Source of the DNA: Raillietiella orientalis
Lineage: Eukaryota
Assembly (NCBI GenBank): GCA_036172245.1
Contig: JAYWIR010000008.1
Coordinates: 2,108,001-2,172,000 of the forward strand
Length of the DNA: 64,000 nucleotides
Reading direction: 5' to 3'
The translations under genes were made by a program, and so were the position numbers. Below are positions 1-12,600 of the stretch, piece after piece (positions within the stretch are counted from its first letter, which is position 1; each line of letters begins with the position of its first letter). Below the pieces are notes generated by a model. That model did no database searches, was not told where the DNA came from, and saw nothing but the letters and a program-made list of their open reading frames with translations.

Positions 1-1825
1 ACGAGGACGCCGATCCACGGATCGCTTCCTTGGACGCCTGGATCTACATCCGCAGGAGAGGGAGAGAATGGGAGAAATGAGGAAGGGAAGGGAAGCCGTC
101 TTCGCCTTGGATCCGGAGTGGTAGTGACAGCAGAAGGAGAGGGGAGGGGGAGCTCCTCGTCGGACGGCACCACCGAGCTCTCCCAGTGCACCTCCGTAGT
201 TCAGCGGGTGATCCAGGGAGCAATCGCGAGACCAAACGGCAGATTACGCCGCGTGGCAGCGGTGTGTGAGACCCTCCTCCCCCTTTCCATTTCCCTTCGG
301 GCGCTTGCCCCGCTCTCAGAGCGGAGGAGGGCCAGGGAGTTGCCGAGGGGGACGGCTCTGGGAGAGGCGGATACTCGGATCGCTCGACGGCGGGTAACCA
401 GGTTCTTCGCTTCCACCGGGAAGCGCACAGCCCTGGCGACACGGATTCTCCCCGGGTGATCACTGCGGACCCGCTGCGAGTAGAGAGAGGAGGAGATGAG
501 GAAGCAGGAGAAGAGAAGAGCGGTGGGAGTTCCGTTCGTGAACCACTAGGGTCTTCGCGACGGTGCCTCGGGACTCCCACGAAGAGCGACAGACCTCTTC
601 AGGAAAGCCTTCAGCAGCGCAGGGTGGAGAGGAAAGGGAAGGGGAGAGGAGGAGGGAGGGATCGGTCGGGAAGGGAGCTCGTGCCAGGCGTTCCCGACGC
701 AGGCGAAGGACGGCTCAAGGAGCGCTTGGTCAAGAAAGAGAAGGCTCTACCTCGGCCACCGACATTTCGAACCGCAGCACCTCCGCCATCTTTAGGGCAG
801 CCCGCGCCCGTGGGGCTCCCAGCAGCACGGCGACGTCCGTCATGAAGGTCAGGTACGCCTCTCGGAACTGTGAGTGGCGCTCCTTCAGAAAGTAGTCGCT
901 GGGCATGGAGAGGGACGCGTGGTCGATCTGGGAAGGGGTGAGGGGGAGGGCAGAGCACACCTGGCGTGACCCACCTCGATGATGTGGTGCAGGGAGTCGA
1001 GGCTGTCCGGTCCCACGCTGACCGCGATGAGGACGTCCTGGTTGAAGAGCCGCAGGCGGACCATCATCTCCATCCAGTCGAAGGCCCTTTCCTCCCAGTG
1101 CGGCTGGAGCACCGGCCAGCCACCGAGGTCCTGCAGCAGCGCCAGGAGCGGGGTCGGGCCTCTGAGCATCAAGACGTCTGCCGGAAGAACCGCACAGGCA
1201 AGTCAGGGAAGGAGTAGGTCCCTTGTTCTCCCCCCGCGACCTCCCCAGGGAACGTGCCTTCCCGCATGCACGAGGAGTACAGGGTGAGGAGCTTCCTGCG
1301 CGCGTTCCAGGCGCTTTCCTCCTGGTCGGACGTGAGGGAGCCGGAAGGAGACGGCCCCCAGCGGAAGACCGAGTCCAGCAGCACCCTGGAGACGTCCTCC
1401 GCTAAGGGACGCGCAGGCGAACTCTTCTCCATCATCCCGTGCAGCTTGTCGTCGATGTCGTCGCGCAGCTTGGAGAAGGCGTCGTACACGACCTTGTCAG
1501 ATGGGATGGGGTGGCGGCGCTCCCAGTTGCCGCAGGCGTACTGGAAAAAGTCGACGCAAGGGTCGGCGCCGGGGTCGAGGTAGCTGCTCATGAGGCGGGC
1601 CTGCGAATCGCACACGTCCGCGGCGGCTGGAGGAGACCGGAGGCAGGCGCACCGCCCGACGAGCGTCAGGGAGAGCGACGCCAGGGCCCAAGTCCACGTG
1701 ACCCGTGGGGAACGCCCTGCCCAAACCGCATGGGCGGCAGAGCGTACAGGAGGAGTCTGCCCTTGGAGAATCTCGCGTGGCCGCCGCCGTAGCGCCTGCG
1801 AGGGAAGTCCCGGTGAGGTGGGCAT
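1..1825 (-). CDS. Neprilysin/endothelin-converting-enzyme-like M13 metallopeptidase, 5' part (continues past left edge)
   Basis: Exons 1825-1258, 1177-975, 927-751 and 43-<1 join in phase. They give typical M13 N-terminal motifs: DPCVDFFQYACGNW, LYSSCM, LLQDLGGWPVL, FDW, IDHASLSMP, AYLTFMTDVAVLLGA, EVLRFE. Introns: 1257-1178 (GC-AG), 974-928 (47 nt), 750-44. The start codon at 1825 is tentative and the HExxH domain lies outside the window. Confidence 0.9.
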
Positions 1826-2540
1826 GAGGAGTGGTCGCAGGAGCTCCTTTTCGGGAGACGCTCCCCCTCTCCCGATGCGCTCGGGAGAAGCCGGAGAAAG
1901 GCGAATGGCAGGAGGCTACGCGGGGAAGGAAACAGGCACCGCGGGAACGGCAACCGGAAAAAGCAAGATGGCAGCGGCGCGCGCGCGCGCTAACGAAGGC
2001 GGTCCATTGTTGGAATGCGTTCTCGAAGCGGCCGGTTTGAGGAAGAGCCGCCGCGCGGCGCGTCCGTCGCGCGAGCTGCCCGGCAGCGGTGGCGCGCTAG
2101 CAGCCTCGAGAAGAAGCAAAAGCGCGGGGGTGACGCAATAGCAGGAAGAAGTTCTTCCGAACGGGCGCCTCCGGAGCTGCAGGGCGAGTAGCAAAAACAC
2201 CTCGCGCAATGGGAGAGCTCGACCCTGTCCCACCCCTCCCCCAGCACGAAAGCCTTTCTTTCTGTCTGGAGGGCTCTCTGCGCCCCTGGCGGGCGGGGGC
2301 ACGGCCTAAGGAAAGAAAGCATGATCTTCCCTCCCCCCCCCCCCCTTCTTTCTTTCCCTCCTCGGCTTCGCGAGCCGAGGGAACAGGGAGAGTGAATGGA
2401 GGAGAAAGATGTTCTCGTCCCAGCACGCCAAGCTGAACACTGGTCGTGCCACGAGTCAGAACTCTCGCGTCGCGATGGCAACAGAAGCTAGCCTGGTTCT
2501 GGGGTACAGCGTCTTCCTGGAGGCCTCCAGCCACCTAGGA

Positions 2541-3554
2541 TTCGGGAAGATACACGGAATGAGCAGAAGTACGGCCACCTACGGCACCTCGCTGGAGTGG
2601 ACGGTTTAGCGAGAGGAGCTCCTTTGCGATGGACTATGAGAGGATGCCAGCCCTGGTGGAACTGACCAGTATAGAAAGGATGGGGAAGAAACTCAAGGAG
2701 AGGCCCTCTCGCCTGTGCCGCTACATGGACGCTCGGCCTTTTGCTTAGCGTCGAGGACGCGGGAACAAATGACCTCATTCTAGGAGCGACTCCCACTGCT
2801 TAGGAACGTGCAAGCGGCAGAGCACGGAGAAACGCTGTCTCCTACGCAAGCGTGACGTGGAGGGGGAAGAAGGGAGAACGGAATTTCCTCTTTGGAACTT
2901 CTCCGAAAGCGGAAGCGAGCGCCCCCCTCGACATGCAGGAACAAGAACCGCTCCTGCGTGCTCAGAGAACGTCTTGGAGATCCCCAAGGAAGAACTGGTA
3001 GTCCACACCTTGCGAGTCTGCGCAGTTCCGTGCTCCCCCTCTCGGCGCGCGCTCTTGCTGCACATCGGACTCGCCCCCTGAAACAGGCGCTCGTCCCCAC
3101 CGCCTGACGATCAGGGGCACTTCCTCGTGGCCGTGCCACGAGGTGGCGGGACGGTCCAACTCGTCTTAAGCTCCTTTGCTGGACCGCGATGCCACTCTTC
3201 GCTTGCATCGAAAAGCGCTTGGCAAGCCCTCCTCTCTCTCACCCCCGGACGACATTCCACCCCCCTCTCGGACACAGTGCTTCGTCCTCTCCTCATCCTA
3301 GATGTGGCCTCGCTCTACCGCGGCGGTCGCGATCTTGTCCTCAAGACGAGGAGTCTTGCGGCGCAACTGCAGCAGCAACGAAAATCGTCCTCTCGACCAT
3401 CCTCAAGGCACGGAGAGCGAGCAGGTGGTCCCGCTTGACCCCGGCAGCAAGTCAGGACATCGCCATGCAAGTACTGAGGGATGGAAAGAGCTGCAGTGAC
3501 TCTCCCCCACCCCATCATTCAGTCACGCCTGCTCATTCCCTGTATCTTCCCGAA
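2541..3554. repeat. 26-nt inverted repeat pair about 1 kb apart
   Basis: 2541-2566 TTCGGGAAGATACACGGAATGAGCAG versus the reverse complement of 3529-3554 TTCGGGAAGATACAGGGAATGAGCAG: 25/26 identical. Confidence 0.85.
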
Positions 3555-6500
3555 CCCGAACGCGCGCCGGACAGCCAGCCAGAGGGCTCCCCCTTGCGGG
3601 AGCTGGAGATTGCTGTAGGAGCCCGTTCCCCACTCTGCATGTTCATTGGAACAACCGGATGAGAAGCGGCCTGAGTGGGCTAGACAGGCCGCCGCAAATT
3701 CGCGGCTCGCTCCAAGCACCCAGCTGCCCCCAACACACTGGTTCCCTTTTCGGTGGCGAGGGCATGAACCTGTCCCACGAGCACCAGCCCCCTGTTACGA
3801 AGCGAAACGCTCCTCGGAGGAGCGCGAGCCAGGAAGCGTCTGAGGGCAGGCGGAAAGAAGGGCGGAGCAGACGCCGAAAAGTATATGACGTCGCCGTGAG
3901 AGGCGATTCGCGGAAGAAACGAGACGGAGACGGGGAGGCGTCGTCATCCCCTACTTTCCCACTTGCGGAATGGCGCAGTGACCAGCCTCTACGCCCTCGA
4001 AAGTAACACAAGCTCGCAGAGACGCGGCGCGGACGGAAAAACCTGCTCGCCCAGTGACGAACGCATTCCGGTTCCCGGATCGAACGCAAAGAACCGGTCG
4101 CCTCCCCTCGGCGAACAGCAGCAGCAGCCATGCGGCTGCGCGAACGCCGGTCGCGCTAGCTCGCTTGGCGGCGGTAGCGGAGCGGACTGCGGAGGGACGT
4201 CATTCTTCTTCTGCACGAGAACCAAGTTCCTCATCTAAGCCTCTGTTTCCCTGCTCCCCGCTCCTCCTTCCTTCGTGTTCACCTCTGCTCCGGGCTGTCG
4301 AGTTTCCTTCCTACTTTTCCTTACTACCGTTTCCGTAGCGAAAGTTCTCCGATCCTTTCGTTTCTTTGTTCCTTCTTCTTCTCAAGAGCTTTGAAATGTC
4401 TTTTGCGTATTCTGGTGATTGTCCCCCTCCCATCAGAAGTCCGTAGCTGCAGACAACCCTCATGGCACTCGCAGATAGAGAATGCACACGTTGAAGAACC
4501 GCTGAAAATAGTAGGTCAAATGGTCAGCTCGAAAGAAAAGAATCATCCAATTCGTGGGTCATGGAGACGCATGTGGTTCCCGGGGTAAATAGCAGGCAGG
4601 GACATCGCAATCCGAGAGCTGCACGACGGAAACTATCTTAAGGGTCCGGGGTCCAGCCGTCCCCTCCACAATCCCGCGGCTTCGGATTGCAGGTGTTCAT
4701 GGACGAACGGAGGGTAAATCCGTCGGATCAGGGCAAGACAAAAGGATGTTTCGTCCCATCCCAGCTTTCTCCTTGAGCTGTCGTCATTTCCTCTTCCTCG
4801 TGGAAGCCCGGAACATCACCGAAGCCATCGAACTCGGCGATGACAGCAAAGGGTGTGGTATGCTCCTTGCGTGCGCCCGCATAGGGTAATCAAGCTGTTC
4901 GGAAAAGACTGAACAAAACCAAAGGAAAATGGGAAACTCTCAAGCAGCACGTGAAAACTTTCGAGGAGCACAAGGATCGACCAAATGAAAGCTTCAAAGC
5001 TTTCCTTAAAACCGTTGGGAAGGGGGAGGGGGAGAACGAGCTATCTTTAAAGAAAAGAAACAAAAATTTATTCCCTTCGCCCCTCCCCTTAGCAACAGTA
5101 CTTTCGGGTAAATCAGGCTCCGCACATTGATGCCTTCTGATGTTTCTTCAATGTGCCGGCTCACGCGACTGCCGCGACCCATCTTTTCCGAGCAAAAAAG
5201 ACTCTCTTGGGCTGTGGCCTGGCTGTAGTTCCGAACGACCATTTATTGGTGAGCCAGCGAGGAAGCAACGCTCATCTCATCGGAAGATTCCACACAGCCA
5301 ACCCCATTCGGTAGCCAGCGCGTGCTTGATGCTCTGCGGTCCAGTTTCTTCTTCACCCATTTTTGGTTGCTATCGCCCAGCACCTGGCTCCGTTCGTCGT
5401 CAGGGAGCACAGCCGCGAATCCGCCTTTTTCATCAGTAACCGGTCCATCCGCTTTCGAGTATCGCGTCATCTTATTTTTTATTTTGAGAGCACAGGAAAC
5501 ACGCCAGCCCCGACAGATGTCCATTTGCCGGCATACTCAGTAAAGGGAAATCGAAATCAGCAACTTCAGCTTTCTGATTTTCCGTAAAAACGAAAATCTT
5601 GCGGCGAACTTGATCATTTATTTGTTCCTGGTGAGCTCAAACCCGTCTAAAAGGCGACGCGAAAAAGCGAAAAGTTTTCTCCTTAAAAGAGCGCCCTTGT
5701 TCCATGGGAAAGGAGGAAAGCCACACGGACCATAATCGTCTCCTCGTTTAGAGGACACGGAAGAGTGGCTTTTGCGTGTGCCACCAGATTCCCAGGGAAG
5801 ATTTCGGCTCTCCTCCTCACGCGGCGACGGACCGAAAAGCCCCTTTGTCTTCATTGGCACTTGAACCAACCGAGGATGTTTCCAGATGGTAGACTGCAAA
5901 AAAGCATCGCCTTTTTCTCATGCTTGAACCTTCCTCCGGCTAAAGTGCATCCATCGGTGGTTCGCGGGGCTCCCCAGCCTTCCACTTTGCAAACTCCCTA
6001 AACAAACAGAGCTTTTTGTTTAATTCCGTAAAGGCATTCGCGGACTTCGCGGTGGAAGAGCGAGGAGGCGTTTTCTGCTTCCGATTGCTTTCACTCGCCA
6101 TCGCTGTAACTGCAATTTAAGAAAGGAAGAAAAATAGATGCCCGTCTCTGACAAGAGTCCACCACAGCAGTCAAAGTGGACTGTCTGCTTGGCACTTTTC
6201 ACCTGAAATCGAAAGTCTTTATGGGTATCAAAAATGACCAGCATGGAAACGAAACTCTGGGTAGCCCCTTCCTGGCAGAATTCGTTCCTGAAATTTCAGA
6301 ATCGTTATAAAGAGCTTGGAGAATCAGAAATGGACCAAAGACCAGTGTGAAAAACACGGAGGAGGGAAGAAATAATTCCTCCCTACGTAATACAGTCTAT
6401 TGGTTCGTTTTCCTTTAAGATCAAAGGTCATTCGTGTCACACGGAGTGTGGGACAGATGAGTTATAGAGAGAGATTGATCGCAAAGAGCACATAAAAAAA

Positions 6501-6697
6501 AAAACTACGGCAGTACTGGGTGGATGGAAAGCAGAAAATTCATTCCTTGTGATTTTCATACGTCCCAAAAGATTTCTGCGAAACAAATTCAAAATGTTTA
6601 TTATTAAAACTGCTGTTCTTGATTCACCGTACATAGCAACAGTGGCGAAAATCGGACCTCTGATGAGAATCCATCAGTCAGGATAGTGAACCACACT

Positions 6698-9600
6698 CTA
6701 CTTGATGGAGAGCATTGAATCCCTTATGTTGGCATCACTTTTGTCCGGGCTTCCTGGGTCCACAGCGACCTGAGCCAAAGTGTTGTTAACTTCCTCTTTC
6801 ACGAGATAAGAGACGTTGAGTTTCTCAAAGTCCATAGGAGATTTGACTAAAGGAGTCAGCGGCATTGCGTCTTCCGTTTCCCTCAGTTCCGAAGACAGCC
6901 TTTTTTTGCACTCCCTGTTAGTGCTGTGGAGATGCCTCACGTCTAAACCCAAGACGGCCGTACGGTTTCGCGCTACATAAATCCATTTTTCGTCAACTTC
7001 CGGTTCCCGACCAAAGATTCTCAGTATCTCTAGAGAGAGGGGAAAACAACGTTATTCTTCATGACCATCTCGTACTCCTCCGCTTCTGATTGCAGTTGCT
7101 ATGACCTCTTGTATAATTTTATTCCGGAAAAAGCTCGATCTCAAGTGCATCTTCGAAGAGTTTGTTACGGACTGAACTCAACTCCGACGTATCTCAAACG
7201 AGATGTTTGACGGATGGGAGGGCACTGAAGAAAGATCAGTGCTGGAAGGACGGCGGATCTAAGGACGCTCCTGGTTTTTTTTTAAGGGCGCTCTCCCACA
7301 GACGGATTCTGTCAAGTAAAACTAGAAAACTCGCCGACTGTGAGAGCGGGGACGCCATGGAGTCGGTTAGAACTTTTTAGAACTTTTCGCCGCTTTGTGC
7401 AACTCCGATTCCCTAAGCGGAATGCTATCGGTATTCTTTGGAATTTCGGATCTTTGAAGGAATTTTTTTGGTGCTTTTTTTCAACATTCTGTCGATTAAT
7501 CGTGAAGATTGCTCGCTGCTTCGGTGGCTCAGCGGTCACCTTCACAAAGCGATGGGTGTTGAGCACGAAACGAGATTGTCCAAGTGGAACCAAGACCTTC
7601 TCACCTCTCTTATTCGAAATGGAAAAGACTCATCTTCGCGAACAAGTAGTTACAGCGGTCCCCCTGCGTCCCGATCGGCATCGAAGGACGATCGCCAGAA
7701 TTTCCTTTCTTTCTTTCGTCTTTCCTAAAGAGAAACACGAAGCGCTTCGTCGGCGTCTGTTGCAAACTGCGAGTTGTCGAAACCGAGCGCGATTCGTTAC
7801 TGCCTGGTGTTCTGGTTGCTACGAAACTAGATGCAGGAGGACACTCCTGCTTTTTTTGTTTTTCCTCTCCAATTTTCATTTTTACCTCCGATGGAAGACG
7901 GCCCAAAACTTACCCCAGTGCCCCAGGAACGCTTCCGTGCACGTCCATTCGATGCTCCAATTGTCGTAATCGGTGTCCACCACTTGGAACGTATCCATAA
8001 ACACTGGAACAGAGAGTTACCGTCACTTAAGAAGGATGGAAACCATGATTCTGGTGGGAGCGGATTAAAATTTCCGACCGTCCAAAAACGATGTCCGACG
8101 GGGCACACGAATATGTTAGATACACCCTACTCTGCATCGACTTCAACTTGCAGGAACACGAACACGCTTGCCCCACAAGTTAGACGCACGCGGTGTATTG
8201 CGATTAAGCATAAAGTATGCGAATGTTTGCTCAATAAGCTCTGCTCTTCAGTTTGAGGCTCTTGAGGCTGCATAGAAGTGTTTCCAAGCAGGTTCTTGTC
8301 CATGCTTTGCCCAGTACTGCGTAGGGTTTGCGTGGACCCATCGCCTCGACCACTGACCTCGACCACCGGCTTTGAACCTCGCTCTTACGCTGCGTCCCTC
8401 ACTACAGTGCAAGGAGCGTCTGCGCCGCTGGAGGACATTCCTCCTTGGACCACGCCGGGTGCGAGGAAGTGGGATCGTTCCCGCGCCTGTCCCTTGCGCC
8501 ATGGTGCCCTTCGGCGCGCTAACGACGCCTGGAAACAGAGCCAGAACCGCTGCTTCATTGCCTCTCCATCGAGATGGGAGCTTCTCTCCTGCCGCGTGGT
8601 GGGCGTCCGCAAAAACGGGGCTCTTGGGCCGCTACTTTGCGCAGCTTTGCGCCAGTAACCCGGGAAAGCTTTCGGTGCCACCACAAACACTCCTGCGTAG
8701 GAGAGAAGCTCACCCCCTCTTCCTCCCCCTCACCTATTTATTCCATTCATCTTTCCTCCCCTTTGCTCCTACCAGCCCTGAGGTTTCCATAGAGATGGGA
8801 AATTCAGATGGCAGCAATCACAAGGTGGAAACAATTTCTTTCTTGCATACGCAGTGGGAAAACCACTTTTGTGGCGCAACACTGCAAACACAGCCCGGAA
8901 AAAGTCAGCAACAAGGAAAACGCAGTCCATTTCCGCAAGGCACTTTTTGCGATAATAGGGCTGAACTTGGGCCAGCGCCAAGCCTTGTAGCATGTGGCAA
9001 AACTATTATTATAGAAGTCAGAAGCATTGTGATCATATTTCTGTTACAGGCTTTCCCCTCTCCCGTAACAATTGGTACAGCTGATGTCCTCCTTGTGCTA
9101 AACAATCCCGAAATTCCACCTGGTGGCATTCTGATTTAAAGTGGGTGCTGTCCAGTTTTAAACAGATTTCATCCAAAAAAAGACCAGCAGCGGCCTCACG
9201 GGGAGATCGTCACTATTGGTCTAGGATGACGGAAATCCTTTGGGGGCGTTCTCCTGCTTCGCTGCTGTCCTTCCAGTTTTTTTTTTTTTTTTTTCCGGTT
9301 CTCTTTTTTTTTTTGGTTCGCTGAGTACAGAAAAACTGTTCTCGCTTAGGGGTTCAACACTGTTCCAGCCTCCCGAGGGTGCGTGCAACTCTTCAAGCTA
9401 GGCGGGTGACCCCGATGGGAACACCTTATGAATCCAGGAAGGCTCCGGAGGAAGGAATCACCTCCTTTTACGCTTGGGATAGAAGCTCGGATGGAACCCT
9501 CGCCCCGGTCGTAAGGGAACCTCTTCCTTATTCTCTCCAGAGGGACCTCCCGGTTTGTGGGGGAGCTCCTGGTTTCTTCTCCGAAGAGGAACCCGGAAAG

Positions 9601-12600
9601 GACGCTTCCCAATTTTCTCTGAAGGGCGCTTCCCGAAGGGGACAGCGCGCTTTTTATACTCTAGATAGGATATCCCCTCAGGGAGGTATCAACCAGCTTT
9701 ATGGTACGGCTCCATTTTCTCAGCCCGAATGGGAACCGGATCCTTAATTCCTGGAAGGATGACGAAGGGTCAACCAGCCCCGGCCAGTCAACGGAAGCAT
9801 CCGGTTTCTGGCTTCCACCAGCGCCGCACTTGAAGCTTATAAGGCCACCCAGCGTCATCTTGAGTTGGGGGCTCGGAATCCACGACGCACCCTCCATTCT
9901 CGGCGTCGGTCCTTCCCCGGATGGGATCGGAACCCGCAACGCTGGGTGCTACGCGCGGAGACCGTAGCCACACGGCCCGCCAACGTGGGCCGTGTGGCTA
10001 CGGTCTCCGCGCAGGGCAACGGATTTCTTCCAAATCGTTTTTCAGCGGAAAAGGATTCGAGAGACCCCGATTCCATCGGCAGCAGCAGCAGTTGCATCCG
10101 GAGACTAAATCTGCAAATCCATCCTCCGTGTGTCCGCAACCGCCTCTTCTGATGCAGTCGCAAAAGATCCCTCCAGTTGCCCTTCAGTTCTGAAGAGCGG
10201 AAGGTTTCGAGGACTTGCCTCGCTCGAATCTCTTCCTATGCTTATCGGAACTCCACCAACTTTCGGCGCTACCGCGGTCGCGGAGCACCTCGAGGATTTT
10301 ACGCTTCCTTCGTCTCGAACAGTTTGAGTTCGGATTGATGTTCTCGGCGGCTGCGTTGGCTGATGGGGCTCCAGAAGCTGCTCTCTTGGGTACTTGGAGC
10401 AGGAGGTCGACAACGGAACGGATAAACGACACTTTCGTATCTCTGCCTGTTCAAAAGAGTTGAGATGGGCAGCCGTCGGCTCTTTCGTGTCCATTTCATC
10501 TTTACCGGTTCCGTCTCAAAGCACCGTGGGCAAGTGCCCGTACCGAGAAAGTATGCGGGTTGGCCAAGTACACGAGATGCGGCAAAGATGTAACTGGAAA
10601 TTTTTCGTGATGCTTATTCAGCTCATCCGCGTTTCGCCCGCACGCAAGGATGTCACTGCGTGCGTTGCGTTTGAACTGTTGTCACTGACTGCTTCCGTTA
10701 GCTGCACGCGGTCTAATCGATGGCTCCATTGCATCGAAGCCGGAATGTTGGGCTGCCGCCTCGCCGTGCACCCACTTCCGGCGAGAATTGTGAAAGAAGT
10801 AAATGGAGGTTTTCCCTCTCTTCGATTCACCGGCATCTGCGGAGCATCTGGGGTTCATTCGTCGAAATTGTACGCTCTCCCATGGGCGACCAATCTTTTT
10901 TCAGATTCTAAAACTTCCTTTTGCCTTGCCGCGAACGGGTTGCTTCCTTCTTTCAAAACAATTCCGGGACTGTGGCTTTTCCCTTTTTTGTGTGCATCTC
11001 TCTCTCTTAGAATTGGCTTGCATCAATCCATCATGGTTCGGATTTTCACATGGAGACTGTGGCGCGCGCTGCCTGTTCGCAGAGCAGATCGTTGAGGCAG
11101 CAGCAAGGCGCTACATGAGAACAGCATAAAGTGGCAAATGAGCAATAAACCGTGGTCGGATGCCTCGAAATCTCGTACGCTGAACCGATCCATCAGTCCA
11201 TATGGCAACGGGAGGGAGTGATTATCCACGCGCATGACGTGCCCAGCCTTCCAGTTTTCCTGAAGAGTTTACTCGTGAGATCAGAGCCTTCGCGGATGCT
11301 ATCAGAGGCAAAGACTTCGCTCCAAGCCAGTGTCTCTCGAACTAAAGATCCTTTTGGGTATCGAGCAGGGGTGAGTTCCAGAGTGTCGAAGAGGAGATCG
11401 CGACGATAGGATGATCAAGATGTCACGGGGTATGTACTGTCTGAATGTTCACTGATACATCAGCAGGACTGATGAACTCCTCCAGTGAAGGTTGTTTTCG
11501 AAGATGTTGAATGCTGCGAAAGGTGCACCGCCAACCACACTCCTGACGGTGCTTCTGGACTCGCAAACAGCACGAAAAGGACCATGACTTTGGGTAAGGC
11601 AGCTTACGCGACCGGACTTCCGCATTTCGATCTCTCGTGAGCTCCAGGAAATTGAGTTCTGGCTGCCACGACGGCGGTGGCGATACCAAGTCAGATTTGC
11701 TCCCTGGCAGCGCTTTGTAGGTCGCTGCCTTCTGCTTCCTCGCTCGTAAACGAGACAAACAAAAACAAGGGTTCGTGGGGAACTTGCCATCAACAAGGTG
11801 GACCAGTGCTTCTTCTGCCCAGTAATCCTCGTGCATACTCCCGACTTGTGTGGTGTTACTATGGCTGCACCACACAAGTCAGGAGATTGCACAAAAGATT
11901 CATTAGCTGGAAAGCTCGATGGTAATTCTTCGCCGTAGCCGTTAATATGAACATCAGCTCCCACAGATGAGATCTCGAAAAGATCAGATCAAAACTTTTC
12001 ACATTTCCTATGAATTCCCAGGCAAAACGGATTCATCACTTCAGTAAATATCTTGGAAACGTTACATAGCTTCTCAGAAAAGCGAATAGCGAAGAATAAT
12101 GATGTAGCTGTGGATGTTTTTGTTTCCTATTCATGGGATGAATATTAGTCTGCAGGATGATGGAGAATCCTTATTCTTGGAGACAGAAGGAACTTTAATG
12201 AGGGAGATCCGGAATATGGGCATCGTTATGAATATGAGACATCAGAAATAATTCAAGAGGCAATGTGAATTGCAGACATGGTGAAGATCGCTCCGATGTC
12301 GTAATGCCAGCTGGGACCATTTCGACGTTTTCTCAAAGGAAGGCAGAAGTCATCTCCAACTATTGACGATAGTGACGATTTTTAATCAGAGCAAAACAAA
12401 AAAAAAAATCTGCAACGAAAAAAAGTTCCTTTGAAATGTTCTTTGGTAGCAGCCAGTGGACATATAAAAACGAAAGTGCTGACGAAGTCGGAATCCCATC
12501 TCCCCTCACAAAAAAAAAAAACGAAAAGTGGAGGGATGGAACTGCATTCTCTTCGCCCTCCTCCTCAACTTCACGGCTTCACATTCACAGATCATCGGCG

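Noticed and set aside
44..4338. Numerous 60-180 aa overlapping ORFs in the GC-rich left end
   Set aside because: Arg/Pro/Ser-rich shadow frames expected at high GC. Only the neprilysin exons carry recognisable motifs.
7076..7171. Possible exon joined by a roughly 46-nt intron to the 7029-6698 exon
   Set aside because: The 8003-7914 exon joins 7029 in the correct phase and completes the lipocalin fold, so this segment is better read as intron.
8372..11095. Long plus-strand ORFs (255 aa at 8372, 233 aa at 10394)
   Set aside because: Non-ATG starts and no recognisable domain; they lie antisense within a lipocalin intron.
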